A stretch of DNA of 64,000 nt from IMGVR_UViG_3300047320_000285:62001-126000; one strand, 5' to 3'; counted from the first letter of the stretch, positions 1 to 9,690 are shown. The notes: generated from the letters alone by a model not told the origin. A program made the numbers and translations.

Positions 1-2
1 AG

Positions 3-224
3 TGGGCGCAAACGCTGGAGAATCCGTATCCGACCTGCCCGTGCGGCGGACGGGGTCAGACTGACGAGATGCGCAAGAACACTGCGACCTTCCGGTATGA
101 GTCCCAGTTTTACGCGGGGTGTTTCCCCATCATGCCAAAGCTCATCGGTGACGATGGTTGGACCGGCTTTGCATTTAACTACCAATTCGTCGGTGGCATT
201 AACAATCTGGCGTTTGGTCTCTAG
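3..224 (+). CDS. 3' end of a hypothetical protein (partial at window edge)
   Basis: Open frame 3 ends in TAG at 222-224, just before the RBS of the next gene. Confidence 0.6.
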   Translation, partial: WAQTLENPYPTCPCGGRGQTDEMRKNTATFRYESQFYAGCFPIMPKLIGDDGWTGFAFNYQFVGGINNLAFGL

Positions 225-236
225 GAAAATAACAAG

Positions 237-1004
237 ATGAATATCGGCGATGTCCCGACTCTCGATGAGTCGGATGTATTCAAGTGGGTGGCCAACCAAG
301 CGTACTGCCCGCGCAACCTGCTGGCGTTCGTGATCCGTAACGGCATCCCAGAAGCAGTCGCCGACGAGACGATCGTGGCGGATACGGTGCGCTGTTTGCT
401 GGAGTTGCACGCACAAGAAATCTCCGGCCTGAACACGGGCTTCTCTCATGCCTCGCCGCGCGAGAAGCAGGTGAAGTTCAAGTTCATCGAAAAGTACGGC
501 CGGCCCATTGATTCGTTCCTCACGTGGTGGTACGACAAATATCAAACCGCGTGGAATCGCGGCGATGTCGGTGACGACGGTACACTCGACGTGATGTTTC
601 TCGAACCCGATCCGACCCACACCAAGGTCACGCACGCGATTTACATGTACCGTATGCGACCGATCGAATACTCAGGGATCGAATCGAAGCGTGATCTGTA
701 CACCCCCCGGGCATTTCCGGTGCCGGAGAAACCGAAGCCGACGTTCTGGCAGCGGTTTGTGGCGTCTTTGAAAGGGGATCCGATCAAAGACGCCATCAAG
801 AAGCTGCAGGAAGCACCGTCAGTCAAGCCGACGGTGTTGAATGTGACGTTCACGGGCGAGACCTCGACGGGACCCATGGTTATCAAGTTCGCCCAAGAGC
901 TGCTCGATCAGGCCAACGTCGCGGCCACCAATCCGTACGTGAAGCCGGACCCCAAGGTGTTCGGGGTGTTGCGTCGTAAAGCGATCGACGTCTACCAGTT
1001 CTGA
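237..1004 (+). CDS. hypothetical phage protein
   Basis: 255-aa ORF with upstream AGGA, followed by a hairpin terminator. Confidence 0.8.
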   Translation: MNIGDVPTLDESDVFKWVANQAYCPRNLLAFVIRNGIPEAVADETIVADTVRCLLELHAQEISGLNTGFSHASPREKQVKFKFIEKYGRPIDSFLTWWYDKYQTAWNRGDVGDDGTLDVMFLEPDPTHTKVTHAIYMYRMRPIEYSGIESKRDLYTPRAFPVPEKPKPTFWQRFVASLKGDPIKDAIKKLQEAPSVKPTVLNVTFTGETSTGPMVIKFAQELLDQANVAATNPYVKPDPKVFGVLRRKAIDVYQF

Positions 1005-1006
1005 CG

Positions 1007-1036
1007 TGTGCCCCGGCTTCGGCTGGGGCATATGCC
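1007..1036 (+). terminator. hairpin + TATGCC terminator-like element
   Basis: TGTGCCCCGGC-TTCG-GCTGGGGCATA stem overlapping TATGCC. Confidence 0.75.
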
Positions 1037-1053
1037 CTAAACGATTTCAGCAA

Positions 1054-1061
1054 TATATTAC
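1054..1061 (+). promoter_or_regulatory. phiKZ-type early promoter motif TATATTAC
   Basis: Exact TATATTAC in an intergenic gap after a terminator; the motif recurs at 47959 and 54739. Confidence 0.7.
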
Positions 1062-1168
1062 CGAAAAGAGCCTGTTAGAATTAATGAAACAGGTAGATGC
1101 TTTGAGGGGTGATGCCCAGTCATCTCTCACTTACACTAATCAACACTAAGATACAAGGAGTATGTGTC

Positions 1169-2032
1169 ATGACGACGATTGCATGGGACGGTAAGGTACT
1201 GGCAGTAGACAGCCGTAGTTCTTCCCCAGAGACTCGGCAAGAAGCTACCAGTGATCCCAAACGCACTCGCATCTGCTTTCATTGCGAACGTCCAGCATGG
1301 ACGGGTAGTGATGATTCGCAGAAGCTCGTGATTCTGCCTAAGGTCACATGGCGTGGTGAACGGATTCTCGCGGCAGCGGGCACCGGTATGGCACGCGACT
1401 GTGATCGGATCCGGCACGTAATGCAACGCCCGCCCGAAGGCCAGACGGAGTTCGAAAAGATCTGGGAAAGCTACAGTTCGTTGGCACCGCGTAAAATTGC
1501 TGGGATGCAACCATTTGGTGCCATCTCTGCACACTTCGTGGTGGTGACGGAAACACGTCTATGGGTGCTAGAGTTTGAAGGCAACTCGCTCAGTAGTTAT
1601 CTGGAACCGCGCGATGTCATGTTTGCCAAAGGCTCGGGTCGGGATGCTGCGATGTTGGCAATGACGATCATGGGGGCAACTGCCGCCAATGCGGTATGGG
1701 CAGCTCGGGCGATCGACCCGGCGACTGGGGGTCCAGTCAAGTGGGTCGATACCACCGAACAATTGGTGGAGGGCAAAATGACTCGGTCGCTGGAGCATGA
1801 AGAAGCACCGCTGAGTCGCGAAGAAGCGGCGGCGTATGTGCGCAGTGGTTTTACCGTTCGTCCGGAGAAACCTGAGCTGGTCGGCATCCACGAATCGGCG
1901 CCTTCGAAAGAAGAACCGCTGACCGCAGAGGTTGCGAGTCAGATTGCCGAACAGGCACGTAGTAATGGCAAACCGGCTGTCAAGAAAGTTGCCGTCAAGA
2001 AAACCCCTAGCAGGACTACAACCAAGAAATAA
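1169..2032 (+). CDS. Ntn-hydrolase (proteasome beta/HslV-like) protein
   Basis: RBS AAGGAG, then MTTIAWDGKVLAVDSR (N-terminal Thr nucleophile) and GSG...A..IDPATGG motifs. Confidence 0.7.
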   Translation: MTTIAWDGKVLAVDSRSSSPETRQEATSDPKRTRICFHCERPAWTGSDDSQKLVILPKVTWRGERILAAAGTGMARDCDRIRHVMQRPPEGQTEFEKIWESYSSLAPRKIAGMQPFGAISAHFVVVTETRLWVLEFEGNSLSSYLEPRDVMFAKGSGRDAAMLAMTIMGATAANAVWAARAIDPATGGPVKWVDTTEQLVEGKMTRSLEHEEAPLSREEAAAYVRSGFTVRPEKPELVGIHESAPSKEEPLTAEVASQIAEQARSNGKPAVKKVAVKKTPSRTTTKK

Positions 2033-2042
2033 GGAGTAGGTC

Positions 2043-2687
2043 GTGAGCGAGTTCATGTATTGTCGTGAGTGTAACACCGAGCGTACCGGTCCGGAGATCT
2101 GCTGGAAGTGCAATTCGGCGCTGGAGGAAGTCAAGCACGATCACTGGCATCCGCTGAATATGCCACCGCTTGAGAGAGTACGTGAACTCGCCAAGGAATG
2201 CGGCTATGCATGTGCAATGCATGGTTCGCAGGAACGCGATCTGGATGTGGTGTTGGTGGCGTGGACCGACGAGGCACTGACCCGTACCTATGCCGAAGTC
2301 ATGCACTACATCGCCGCCGGATTGATCGCAGAGAACGGTCTGCCTGCTAGGGTGGTGGAGATTGAAGCCAAGCCACTCGGTCGACATGCCTGTACCATTC
2401 AGATGAACGGCTGGTACAAAGCCATCGATCTGTCGATGGCGGCGTTTATCGCACCCAAGCTGACCAATGAGCAGGCACTGGATGTGCTCGAAGGTGCCGA
2501 CTACATCGATGGCAAGCCGAACTCCCGTGAACCTGACTGGCACACGTTTGGTAGCGATACGGTAGCGATCAGTCTGGATGGTCGCTTTACCCGCGAAGAG
2601 TTGTTGGCCGTCCTGCATTTCCATCCCGACAACCTCCCGGTCGGAACCACCATCGGCTGGCCTGAACCGAAGGAAAAGACAGCATGA
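2043..2687 (+). CDS. hypothetical protein with Zn-ribbon and nucleotidyltransferase-like motif
   Basis: CxxC...CxxC N-terminus and HGSQERDLDVV motif; RBS AAGGAG. Confidence 0.6.
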   Translation: MSEFMYCRECNTERTGPEICWKCNSALEEVKHDHWHPLNMPPLERVRELAKECGYACAMHGSQERDLDVVLVAWTDEALTRTYAEVMHYIAAGLIAENGLPARVVEIEAKPLGRHACTIQMNGWYKAIDLSMAAFIAPKLTNEQALDVLEGADYIDGKPNSREPDWHTFGSDTVAISLDGRFTREELLAVLHFHPDNLPVGTTIGWPEPKEKTA

Positions 2688-3100
2688 AAGAACGATTTGA
2701 TAGTCCGTTCGAGTCGGCCGCAGAAGCACAGGAAGTCATCGACACCAGTCGTCAACTGCAATCTGGCCATTGGATTAATTGGCAACAGTTCGGTTCGGAC
2801 GAGAAACAGTATTTGACACTAGATGGCAACTACACGTTCGCTGAGCTGATGGCCTTGATTCACTTTCATCCGGAGCTGATCAAGCGACGCGCAGAAGCGC
2901 AGCCTGAAGCCAAGAGCGACGAAGTGCGCGTGCTCGAATTGGCGACTCAGAAGCTGACTGAGATGCTGAACGAACTGCTCGAGGACTGTACCGAAGGCCA
3001 GCTTGTCGACGCACCATCGCGCAAGCTTTACATGAAGGCTCGTGCTTGCCTGCCTGCCGGTTACTCGATGTCGTTGACTAAAAAAGAGGGTAAGCCGTAA
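2684..3100 (+). CDS. hypothetical protein sharing a module with the upstream gene
   Basis: ATGA overlap; FGSD...LDG.T..EL.A..HFHP module shared with 2043..2687. Confidence 0.7.
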   Translation: MKERFDSPFESAAEAQEVIDTSRQLQSGHWINWQQFGSDEKQYLTLDGNYTFAELMALIHFHPELIKRRAEAQPEAKSDEVRVLELATQKLTEMLNELLEDCTEGQLVDAPSRKLYMKARACLPAGYSMSLTKKEGKP

Positions 3101-3372
3101 TGGCCCGCACCTCTTTTGCTCGCGCCCACCCTACTGCAATAGGGACAACGAAGCCGTTCATACGCGCAACGTTTCGCGATGCGGACGGTAACGTCTACGA
3201 CCCCAACACGTATATCTACGGTAACGAACGACGCCGTCTGAAAGCACTGCGCAGTACAGCGAGCCGTCGTGTTAAAGTGACCCTGCGGCGTTTGGGTAAG
3301 CAAGGTTTGCATGAAGCAGACGTGTTGCGCGCCGCGCTGGAGCTTAAACAACGGTTGCGTAACAAAGCCTGA
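3100..3372 (+). CDS. small basic hypothetical protein
   Basis: TAATG coupling with the upstream gene, GAGG RBS. Confidence 0.65.
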   Translation: MARTSFARAHPTAIGTTKPFIRATFRDADGNVYDPNTYIYGNERRRLKALRSTASRRVKVTLRRLGKQGLHEADVLRAALELKQRLRNKA

Positions 3373-3392
3373 TACAAATAAGGAGAACAAAG

Positions 3393-3707
3393 ATGCCGTT
3401 TGACCAGATCAAAAGTGACAAGAACCGCGACGGGTTCTGCTTCGATACGCTTGTGGCGCTGATCGAACGCGGTCCGCTGGAAGCCGGTGACGTTCCGTCA
3501 AAAGGTGGCTTGGGCGAGTTTCTCAAGCGCGGCTATGCCGTGCAGATTATCCAGAACGGTGCGACGGGCTACAGCGCCGCCACGCCGCTGGGTGCCCAGC
3601 TCTACATCAACCATGTCGGCGCAGACAATCTGAAAGAAGCGATTGCCAAGCGCAAAGCCCATTGGGCCATCATGAGCGCACAGCAGGCGAGCCGACCCAA
3701 GCCGTAG
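3393..3707 (+). CDS. hypothetical protein
   Basis: RBS AAGGAG, 104 aa. Confidence 0.75.
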   Translation: MPFDQIKSDKNRDGFCFDTLVALIERGPLEAGDVPSKGGLGEFLKRGYAVQIIQNGATGYSAATPLGAQLYINHVGADNLKEAIAKRKAHWAIMSAQQASRPKP

Positions 3708-3790
3708 CTCTGCAAGGAAGCATCATGAGACTGAAGGCCCTGAGACAGCCCCGGTGGATGACGTGGTTTAACAAGAAGGAGGAAAGTGCG

Positions 3791-4114
3791 ATGGCTTGGT
3801 ACGATGGCAAGATTATGCGTGAGGCAGATTTCAACGCAAAGCCAGAACCCAGTGACACCCGCTTTCAGTACGGTGACTACGTCTGGGTGCAATTTGTGGA
3901 TGGTGAGCGCTCAGAGCTGAAGTACACCGAAGTACCGGGTCGTATTGCGGGGATTCATATCCGCAAGGGCAATCAGGTGTTGTACGACGTGGCAGTCCCC
4001 ATTGCTGGCACGCCGTACTACGCAGTGGTCGAGGACTTGCAAGGCCAGATCATCGGGCGAGCACGCCCTTCGTTGGACCAATCCGGTCCGGCGGCCTTGA
4101 CGTTGGTTAAGTAA
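3791..4114 (+). CDS. hypothetical protein
   Basis: Strong RBS AAGGAGG before ATG 3791 (alternative start 3725). Confidence 0.65.
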   Translation: MAWYDGKIMREADFNAKPEPSDTRFQYGDYVWVQFVDGERSELKYTEVPGRIAGIHIRKGNQVLYDVAVPIAGTPYYAVVEDLQGQIIGRARPSLDQSGPAALTLVK

Positions 4115-4120
4115 AGCGTA

Positions 4121-4156
4121 TCCCCTAGGGCATAAAACGCCCTAGGGGGTTATGCC
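4121..4156 (+). terminator. hairpin + TATGCC terminator-like element
   Basis: CCCCTAGGGC-ATAAAAC-GCCCTAGGGG stem followed by TTATGCC. Confidence 0.75.
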
Positions 4157-4215
4157 GTAAAAAGTCCATCGCCTGCAATCATGCTGTGGACCTCTTCCCT
4201 TATTATCAATAACAA

Positions 4216-4737
4216 ATGATCGCCCCGAAACGATACCAATATCCAAAAGACCGCAAGCGCGCCGTCTACAGTCGTTGGATGACCATCAACCGACGCTGTG
4301 AAGACCCGCGTTCGTACGACTATCCCTACTACGGCGCACAAGGTTACAGCGTGGCTTGGGAATGGTCACGCCAGAATCCGGACGGCTATACCAACTTCGC
4401 GACATGGCTGGAGGCTCAGTTGAAGTTGCAAACCAACCCGCAGTGTCGCAATGTGACGCTCAAGCCCGGGGAGAAAGTCTACAGCGCGAATAACTGCACG
4501 TTGGCGACCCGTCAAGAATTGGTACAGGACGGAGGGCGCACGACCCTGACGCAGGCCAACGTGATTGCCTTGCGTGCTTTGAAAAAGCAGGAACCCAAGA
4601 TCCGTTTAACGGACATCATCGAACGACTGGGCCTTGATGTCTCGGTGCCGGTTGTCTCCAATGCTTTACGTGGTATTACCTTTCAGAACCTAGACCATCT
4701 GGAAGCCCCTTATCTGCCCGAGGAAGTACAACAATGA
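4216..4737 (+). CDS. HNH-homing-endonuclease-like protein, probably degenerate
   Basis: VYSRW..INRRCEDP.S.DYPYYGAQG..V..EW and YSANNCTLATRQE motifs; the usual IDRID strand is missing. Confidence 0.6.
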   Translation: MIAPKRYQYPKDRKRAVYSRWMTINRRCEDPRSYDYPYYGAQGYSVAWEWSRQNPDGYTNFATWLEAQLKLQTNPQCRNVTLKPGEKVYSANNCTLATRQELVQDGGRTTLTQANVIALRALKKQEPKIRLTDIIERLGLDVSVPVVSNALRGITFQNLDHLEAPYLPEEVQQ

Positions 4738-5303
4738 TCTCCCGTTTCGCACGCAATATCGCTACCCTGCAGATGCTGGCTTTTGTCATCCTGCTGATCT
4801 GGCGTCCCGGCCATTCGTTGATGCCGGCTTTGGCTTTTCTGGCAGGTGTTTCAGCAACCATCATTGTCGACCGGTTACGACCGGACACGGTCCCGCAGTT
4901 GGAGATTCTGCGCGTGCCACCGGAGGACGATGACATCGAACGCGGGGTGATGGGGATGGTGGGAACAGAAGAGATCTGGATGCGCTCGATCACCGGTATG
5001 GCGCTCGGTGTATTGATCCCGGGACCGGAGACGATTCTGTACGCTGCGATCAAACACTCAGACGGTCGAATCTTTGCGGTGTCCCGCCCGGGTCGTCATG
5101 GTCATGTGCAGCAGTTGATGGAGATGCTCAACTCCGCCACACCCGAAGACTGCACGCCGGAGCGTCAAGGCTTCGTCACATCACTGGGTTCTTGGATGTC
5201 CCGTGAAGACGCACTGAAGGTTGCGCGCATCAACGACCAAGTCGTCTTCAAGCATCCGTCAGTGCGTGAGTTGTATAGCGAAGACATGTGGGATGCCGTT
5301 TAG
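4734..5303 (+). CDS. membrane-anchored hypothetical protein
   Basis: Two N-terminal hydrophobic segments; C-terminal RHGH..QGFVTSLG..SREDA..LYSEDMW phage domain. Confidence 0.7.
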   Translation: MISRFARNIATLQMLAFVILLIWRPGHSLMPALAFLAGVSATIIVDRLRPDTVPQLEILRVPPEDDDIERGVMGMVGTEEIWMRSITGMALGVLIPGPETILYAAIKHSDGRIFAVSRPGRHGHVQQLMEMLNSATPEDCTPERQGFVTSLGSWMSREDALKVARINDQVVFKHPSVRELYSEDMWDAV

Positions 5304-5356
5304 TTTTACAGCGCCGGTTCATTACCTGACACCACTAACATACGAAGGATAACACC

Positions 5357-5677
5357 ATGGGTACCCTGAAGCGCGGCGAGTACGCCCCCCGTAACGAACA
5401 AGACGAACTCGACATCGAAACCCAAGCTCGCGCATTGCAACACTACGCGCTGGAGCGGGGTTACGTGGTGGAGTTGCTGATCAAGTCCAATCCGGCCAAG
5501 CCGGTCACCGGTGCCCACACACTGGGCGTGGCCATGCGTCGTGTTCGCGCGGGCAGTCCGTTGACAGCGTTCGTGGGGCTGTCGAACAAGCCGCTCTCCG
5601 ATCTGTATGCTGGTGAACCGGCAGAAGACATTCCGGTCGCCGCATTCACCGATGTATTCAAGGAGGAGTCAGCATGA
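5357..5677 (+). CDS. hypothetical protein
   Basis: RBS AAGGA, 106 aa. Confidence 0.65.
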   Translation: MGTLKRGEYAPRNEQDELDIETQARALQHYALERGYVVELLIKSNPAKPVTGAHTLGVAMRRVRAGSPLTAFVGLSNKPLSDLYAGEPAEDIPVAAFTDVFKEESA

Positions 5678-6846
5678 CTTCGTTTGAAGAACTGCGTGCC
5701 GAGATCAAACAGGACGTCACCGACGAACTGGGGGACCGGGCACGGCAACACGCCTTGATGGCTCGCCTGCTGGTGTATCTGGGCGGGAAGTTCAAGGAGT
5801 CCGATCCTACCGGCGAACTCGCGACGCTTATGAGTGAGTTCCAGACCAGCCACGAAGAGCGTGAGCGTGAGCGCTTTTCGGTGGAGGAGTATTTCAACGG
5901 CTTGGGTCCGGTCGGCAAACGGGTCCTGGAAGCCGTGCGTCTGAACCAGACCATCGCGGGTCGTCACCAGATCGGCGCGCAGATGCATACGCTCTTTAAG
6001 GAAGCCCTCGCGCCGTTCAGGATTCCGATCTTTAAGGATCCGACCGCCACGCACGAGCTGTACCACCTGATTCAGGAAATCAGCATGCGGGTGTTCGGTC
6101 AATCGGCGACGCTACAGATACCGAGCATTCCGATGCACATGGGGCAGATCCTACCGGAGAATCGGGTCAGCAATTTTTACAACGTCTCGGCTGAAGATAC
6201 CATCACGCGTGAACCGTATTCGCTGGTGATGCTGTATGCGGAGATCGGCAAAGCGTGGGTCTGTGTGGACATTCGTTCCACCGGCCGGGCCCAGCTGATG
6301 TACTACCACAGCGCGGAAGATGTGTGGCTGTTTAACGTCGGCGAGTTCGTGCTGTTCGACATGGTCAAGCATCTGAAGGCAGAATGGGCGAAGCTCGAAA
6401 CCCAGATCGCTGACAAGCTGCCCAATGCTCACGTCAGTCTGCCGGAGACGATGGAAGCGCTGCAGGTGAAAGTCGATCGCGTCTTTGACAACGAACATCT
6501 GATCCCGGATGACGCACGCTATTACTTCCGCGATAAGCGCTTCCCGACCTCCAAGATCGTGCTGCGTATCAAGGACCTGCAAGTCAATTTGATCAACACC
6601 CGTGGCGATTACCCCAGTCGCAACATGTACCTGATTCGAGGGATCGAAGAGGTGATGTCGACGCGCGTCAAGCTTGAGGAACTGAGCCCGCTCGTGCAAA
6701 AACAGGTAATCGACGCAGTGGAAGATGTGCTGGATGGCTACATTGGCAACTACATCGATCCGAAGCCGAAGGAACCGGTGACGAGCACCCCGTTTAAGTT
6801 CCAGAACCCGGTGTTCAATCTGTACGTCGGCCGACCGAAGGAGTGA
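5674..6846 (+). CDS. hypothetical protein
   Basis: RBS AGGAGG, 390-aa ORF. Confidence 0.8.
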   Translation: MTSFEELRAEIKQDVTDELGDRARQHALMARLLVYLGGKFKESDPTGELATLMSEFQTSHEERERERFSVEEYFNGLGPVGKRVLEAVRLNQTIAGRHQIGAQMHTLFKEALAPFRIPIFKDPTATHELYHLIQEISMRVFGQSATLQIPSIPMHMGQILPENRVSNFYNVSAEDTITREPYSLVMLYAEIGKAWVCVDIRSTGRAQLMYYHSAEDVWLFNVGEFVLFDMVKHLKAEWAKLETQIADKLPNAHVSLPETMEALQVKVDRVFDNEHLIPDDARYYFRDKRFPTSKIVLRIKDLQVNLINTRGDYPSRNMYLIRGIEEVMSTRVKLEELSPLVQKQVIDAVEDVLDGYIGNYIDPKPKEPVTSTPFKFQNPVFNLYVGRPKE

Positions 6847-6933
6847 CCCCATGCTGCAACGTGATCCATTCTTTATTGCTTTGGTGGCTTCGCAGTTGCT
6901 TTAACGGGGCTGTGGCATAGAAAATCTCGGCGA

Positions 6934-6941
6934 TATATTCT
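6934..6941 (+). promoter_or_regulatory. degenerate early promoter motif (TATATTCT)
   Basis: Context AAATCTCGGCGA-TATATTCT resembles the 54739 site; lies upstream of the adhesin gene. Confidence 0.45.
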
Positions 6942-7052
6942 AATCGTGAGCTGCAACCTAAACAGCTCCTTTCTTTCGTGGGATTGACAGGATTACGGGG
7001 GTTCTGTCTCTTACTGACCATCCCCGATTATACTAGGAATAAGAATACAATC

Positions 7053-8930
7053 ATGAAGAAGAATATCATCGCAGTGGCAATTTTGGCTTCACTTGCTGTA
7101 TCGTCGGCATACGCAAATTGCGGTAATGGTGGTAGCAACGGGAATGGTTGCGGGGGCGAACAAGGACCGGCAGGCCCGCAAGGTCCCGCCGGTCCTCAGG
7201 GTCCGCAAGGTGTTGCGGGTCAGAACGGCAAGGACGGCGCGTCGGTTACTGGTGTCAGCATCAATGGCACTTCAGTCACGACAACGCTCTCCAATGGTTC
7301 GTCGGTGCAAGGTACGGTCACGGGGGTGGCTACGACTGCACAGCTGAACAGCACGAATAGCAACGTCGCGACGAACACGTCGAACATCACGACGCTGCAA
7401 GGTCAGGTTAGCCAGCAAGGCGGTGCAATCGCCGGTCTGCAGGTTAGTAGCGCCACGCACCAAGAAGTCGCTGACACGGCAGCCGGCACGCTGGCTGCCG
7501 CCAACGCCCACACGGATGCATCAGTGGGTGCAGAAGCGGCGCGCGCGAAGGGCGCCGAAGCAGGTCTGCAGTCGCAGATCAACGGCGTGAGCGGTACCGC
7601 CAACCAAGCGCTGGCGAATTCGAAGGACGCGCAGGCAACTGCGGGTCAAGCGAAGTCGATCGCGCAAGGCGCCGCGGCCACGGCTAACCAAGCCGAAGGC
7701 ATTGCAGTCGGTGCTGCTATCACAGCGACGGGTGCAGCGATCGTTGCCGGTCATGCAGAAGGCGTTGCTGAAAGTGCGGCCGCACAAGCCAAGTCGGCTA
7801 CGGCTACGGCGAACCATGCTGACTCAGTCGCCGGTCAAGCACTCGCAGCGGCGAAGGATGCCGACACGGATGCCGATGCGGCAGGCAAGGCAGCCGCACA
7901 CGCCCAAGGCACGGCAGACACAGCGCTGGCTTCGTCGGCACAAAACGCCAAGGACATCAAGTCCGAAGCGCAAGCCCGTGCAGCAGGCGATGCCGCCACG
8001 CTGAAGTCGGCCAATAGCTACACGGATTCGGCCGTGGCGAACGGGGTGTCGCAAGCAGAATCATACGCTGATGCTGGCGATGCCAAGACGCTGAATTCTG
8101 CGAACAAGCATGCGGACCAAGCCGCTGCGGCGGCCTACGTCGGTGCAGTCGCGACCTCGGCAGCTTACACGGATGCGACGGCGTCGAAGACGTTGAAGTC
8201 GGCGAATTCGTACACCGACAAAGCAGTTGGTGCCGAGTCTAGCCGCGCCCAATCGGCCGAAGGTCAACTGCAGTCCAACATCAATTCGGAATCGACTCGC
8301 GCGCAGACGGCTGAAGCTGGTCTGAACACGAAGATCGACAACGAAACGACGCGGGCGACGACAGCCGAAGCCGGGCTGCAAACCCAGATCAACGGGAACA
8401 GCCAGTCGATCACGCAAATCCAGTCGAACATGAACAAGGGCCAGATGGGTTCGGGCGCGCAAGTGCAATCGAACAACTCGGTGGCACTCGGTGCAGGTTC
8501 GGTGGCTGATCGTGACAACACGGTGTCGGTGGGTGCAGCAGGTGCCGAGCGTCAAGTGACGAACGTGGCAGCAGGTACGGCCGACACCGATGCGGTGAAC
8601 GTCGCGCAAGCTCGCTCGTACGCCCAGACGTCGTACCAGCAATCGACTGCTTACACGGATCAACGTGTGAACGCGCTGCAGAACTCGTTCGACAGCTTCA
8701 AGAAGGACACCTACGGTGGTCTGGCTTCGGTGCTGGCAATCGCGGGTCTGCCGCAACCGATCCAGAACGGCAAGTCGATGATCTCGGCGGCTGTCTCGAA
8801 CTACCACGGCGAGCAAGGTATTGCTGTCGGTATCTCAACCGTCCAAGGCAACTTCGTGATCAAGGCCGGTGTCTCCACGTCCACGCGCGGTGATGTCGGC
8901 GCAGTCGCTTCGGCAGGCTACCAGTTCTAA
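7053..8930 (+). CDS. YadA-family trimeric autotransporter adhesin with collagen-like segment
   Basis: Signal peptide [21 protein letters not shown]; (GXY)n; ANSYTD stalk repeats; [24 protein letters not shown] head-neck; beta-anchor ending GYQF. Confidence 0.9.
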   Translation: MKKNIIAVAILASLAVSSAYANCGNGGSNGNGCGGEQGPAGPQGPAGPQGPQGVAGQNGKDGASVTGVSINGTSVTTTLSNGSSVQGTVTGVATTAQLNSTNSNVATNTSNITTLQGQVSQQGGAIAGLQVSSATHQEVADTAAGTLAAANAHTDASVGAEAARAKGAEAGLQSQINGVSGTANQALANSKDAQATAGQAKSIAQGAAATANQAEGIAVGAAITATGAAIVAGHAEGVAESAAAQAKSATATANHADSVAGQALAAAKDADTDADAAGKAAAHAQGTADTALASSAQNAKDIKSEAQARAAGDAATLKSANSYTDSAVANGVSQAESYADAGDAKTLNSANKHADQAAAAAYVGAVATSAAYTDATASKTLKSANSYTDKAVGAESSRAQSAEGQLQSNINSESTRAQTAEAGLNTKIDNETTRATTAEAGLQTQINGNSQSITQIQSNMNKGQMGSGAQVQSNNSVALGAGSVADRDNTVSVGAAGAERQVTNVAAGTADTDAVNVAQARSYAQTSYQQSTAYTDQRVNALQNSFDSFKKDTYGGLASVLAIAGLPQPIQNGKSMISAAVSNYHGEQGIAVGISTVQGNFVIKAGVSTSTRGDVGAVASAGYQF

Positions 8931-8943
8931 GGGTAGCTTGAGC

Positions 8944-8977
8944 GGGAAAGGGGCCTTCGGGTCCCTTTTCTTTTTTT
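8944..8977 (+). terminator. canonical intrinsic terminator
   Basis: AAAGGGGCC-TTCG-GGTCCCTTT stem followed by a long T tract. Confidence 0.85.
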
Positions 8978-8997
8978 GTCCTTTCGAAGGAGTCAGG

Positions 8998-9378
8998 GTG
9001 AAACTGACGATGGATCAAGCGAACGCCTGCCTCGAAATGGGCGGTGCGTTCTTGCGTACTCTAGATTGTATCAAGCTGTTTCAGGACAAGCGCTTTAGCG
9101 GTGGGCATCTGGGTACGGCACTCTACTTCCTCGGGTGGGGTGTGTTCAACGTGTTCTTCTATCCGTCCCTGAATCAGGTGTGGAGTTTCTGGGCAGCGAT
9201 TGCGTTGATGGCGATGAACGGTTTGTGGTTTGTGATGGCAGTCCATTACAACTACTTCCACGACGGTCGACGGGTCTACACCCCGCAAGCAGTATTCGGT
9301 GGCCTGTTGCTAATCGGCATGCTGTACGGGATGTTCTTTCGGGATGGCTGGCAGATGCTTAGCTGGGTGTATCGATAA
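8998..9378 (+). CDS. small multi-TM membrane protein (PQ-loop/SemiSWEET-like)
   Basis: RBS AAGGAG before GTG; 3-4 hydrophobic helices; KLFQDK..SG...W..FN.FFY pattern. Confidence 0.55.
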   Translation: MKLTMDQANACLEMGGAFLRTLDCIKLFQDKRFSGGHLGTALYFLGWGVFNVFFYPSLNQVWSFWAAIALMAMNGLWFVMAVHYNYFHDGRRVYTPQAVFGGLLLIGMLYGMFFRDGWQMLSWVYR

Positions 9379-9388
9379 GGAGAGCAAG

Positions 9389-9682
9389 ATGAGTTTCAAT
9401 TGGCCGTTGGACGATCGTCGGCGCGAGATGATTGGTTCGGTATTGAAAGTGCGCGGCAAAGAGATGGCAGAACTCGGTCACAACATCCGCACGGATATGC
9501 CGATTCGTGACCTGACCGAGTCGGACAAAAAGCGCATGCTGGAAGACATCATGATCGGTGCCACCAATCTGGCCTCGGCGTTTGGCATGGTGATTGCAGT
9601 GGGACCGAAAGTCAATCCCGCTGCGAAAGATGGCTATCAATTACAGGCAGTCGAGATCACTACCCGGGCTAAACTCTTTTAG
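9389..9682 (+). CDS. hypothetical protein
   Basis: RBS AAGGAG before ATG 9389. Confidence 0.7.
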   Translation: MSFNWPLDDRRREMIGSVLKVRGKEMAELGHNIRTDMPIRDLTESDKKRMLEDIMIGATNLASAFGMVIAVGPKVNPAAKDGYQLQAVEITTRAKLF

Positions 9683-9690
9683 GAGTCGTT

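Noticed and set aside
7160-8400. Tandem DNA repeats or a CRISPR-like array in the adhesin gene
   Set aside because: The repeats are degenerate codon-level protein repeats (GXY, stalk), with no constant repeat-spacer periodicity; no CRISPR array was seen anywhere in the window.
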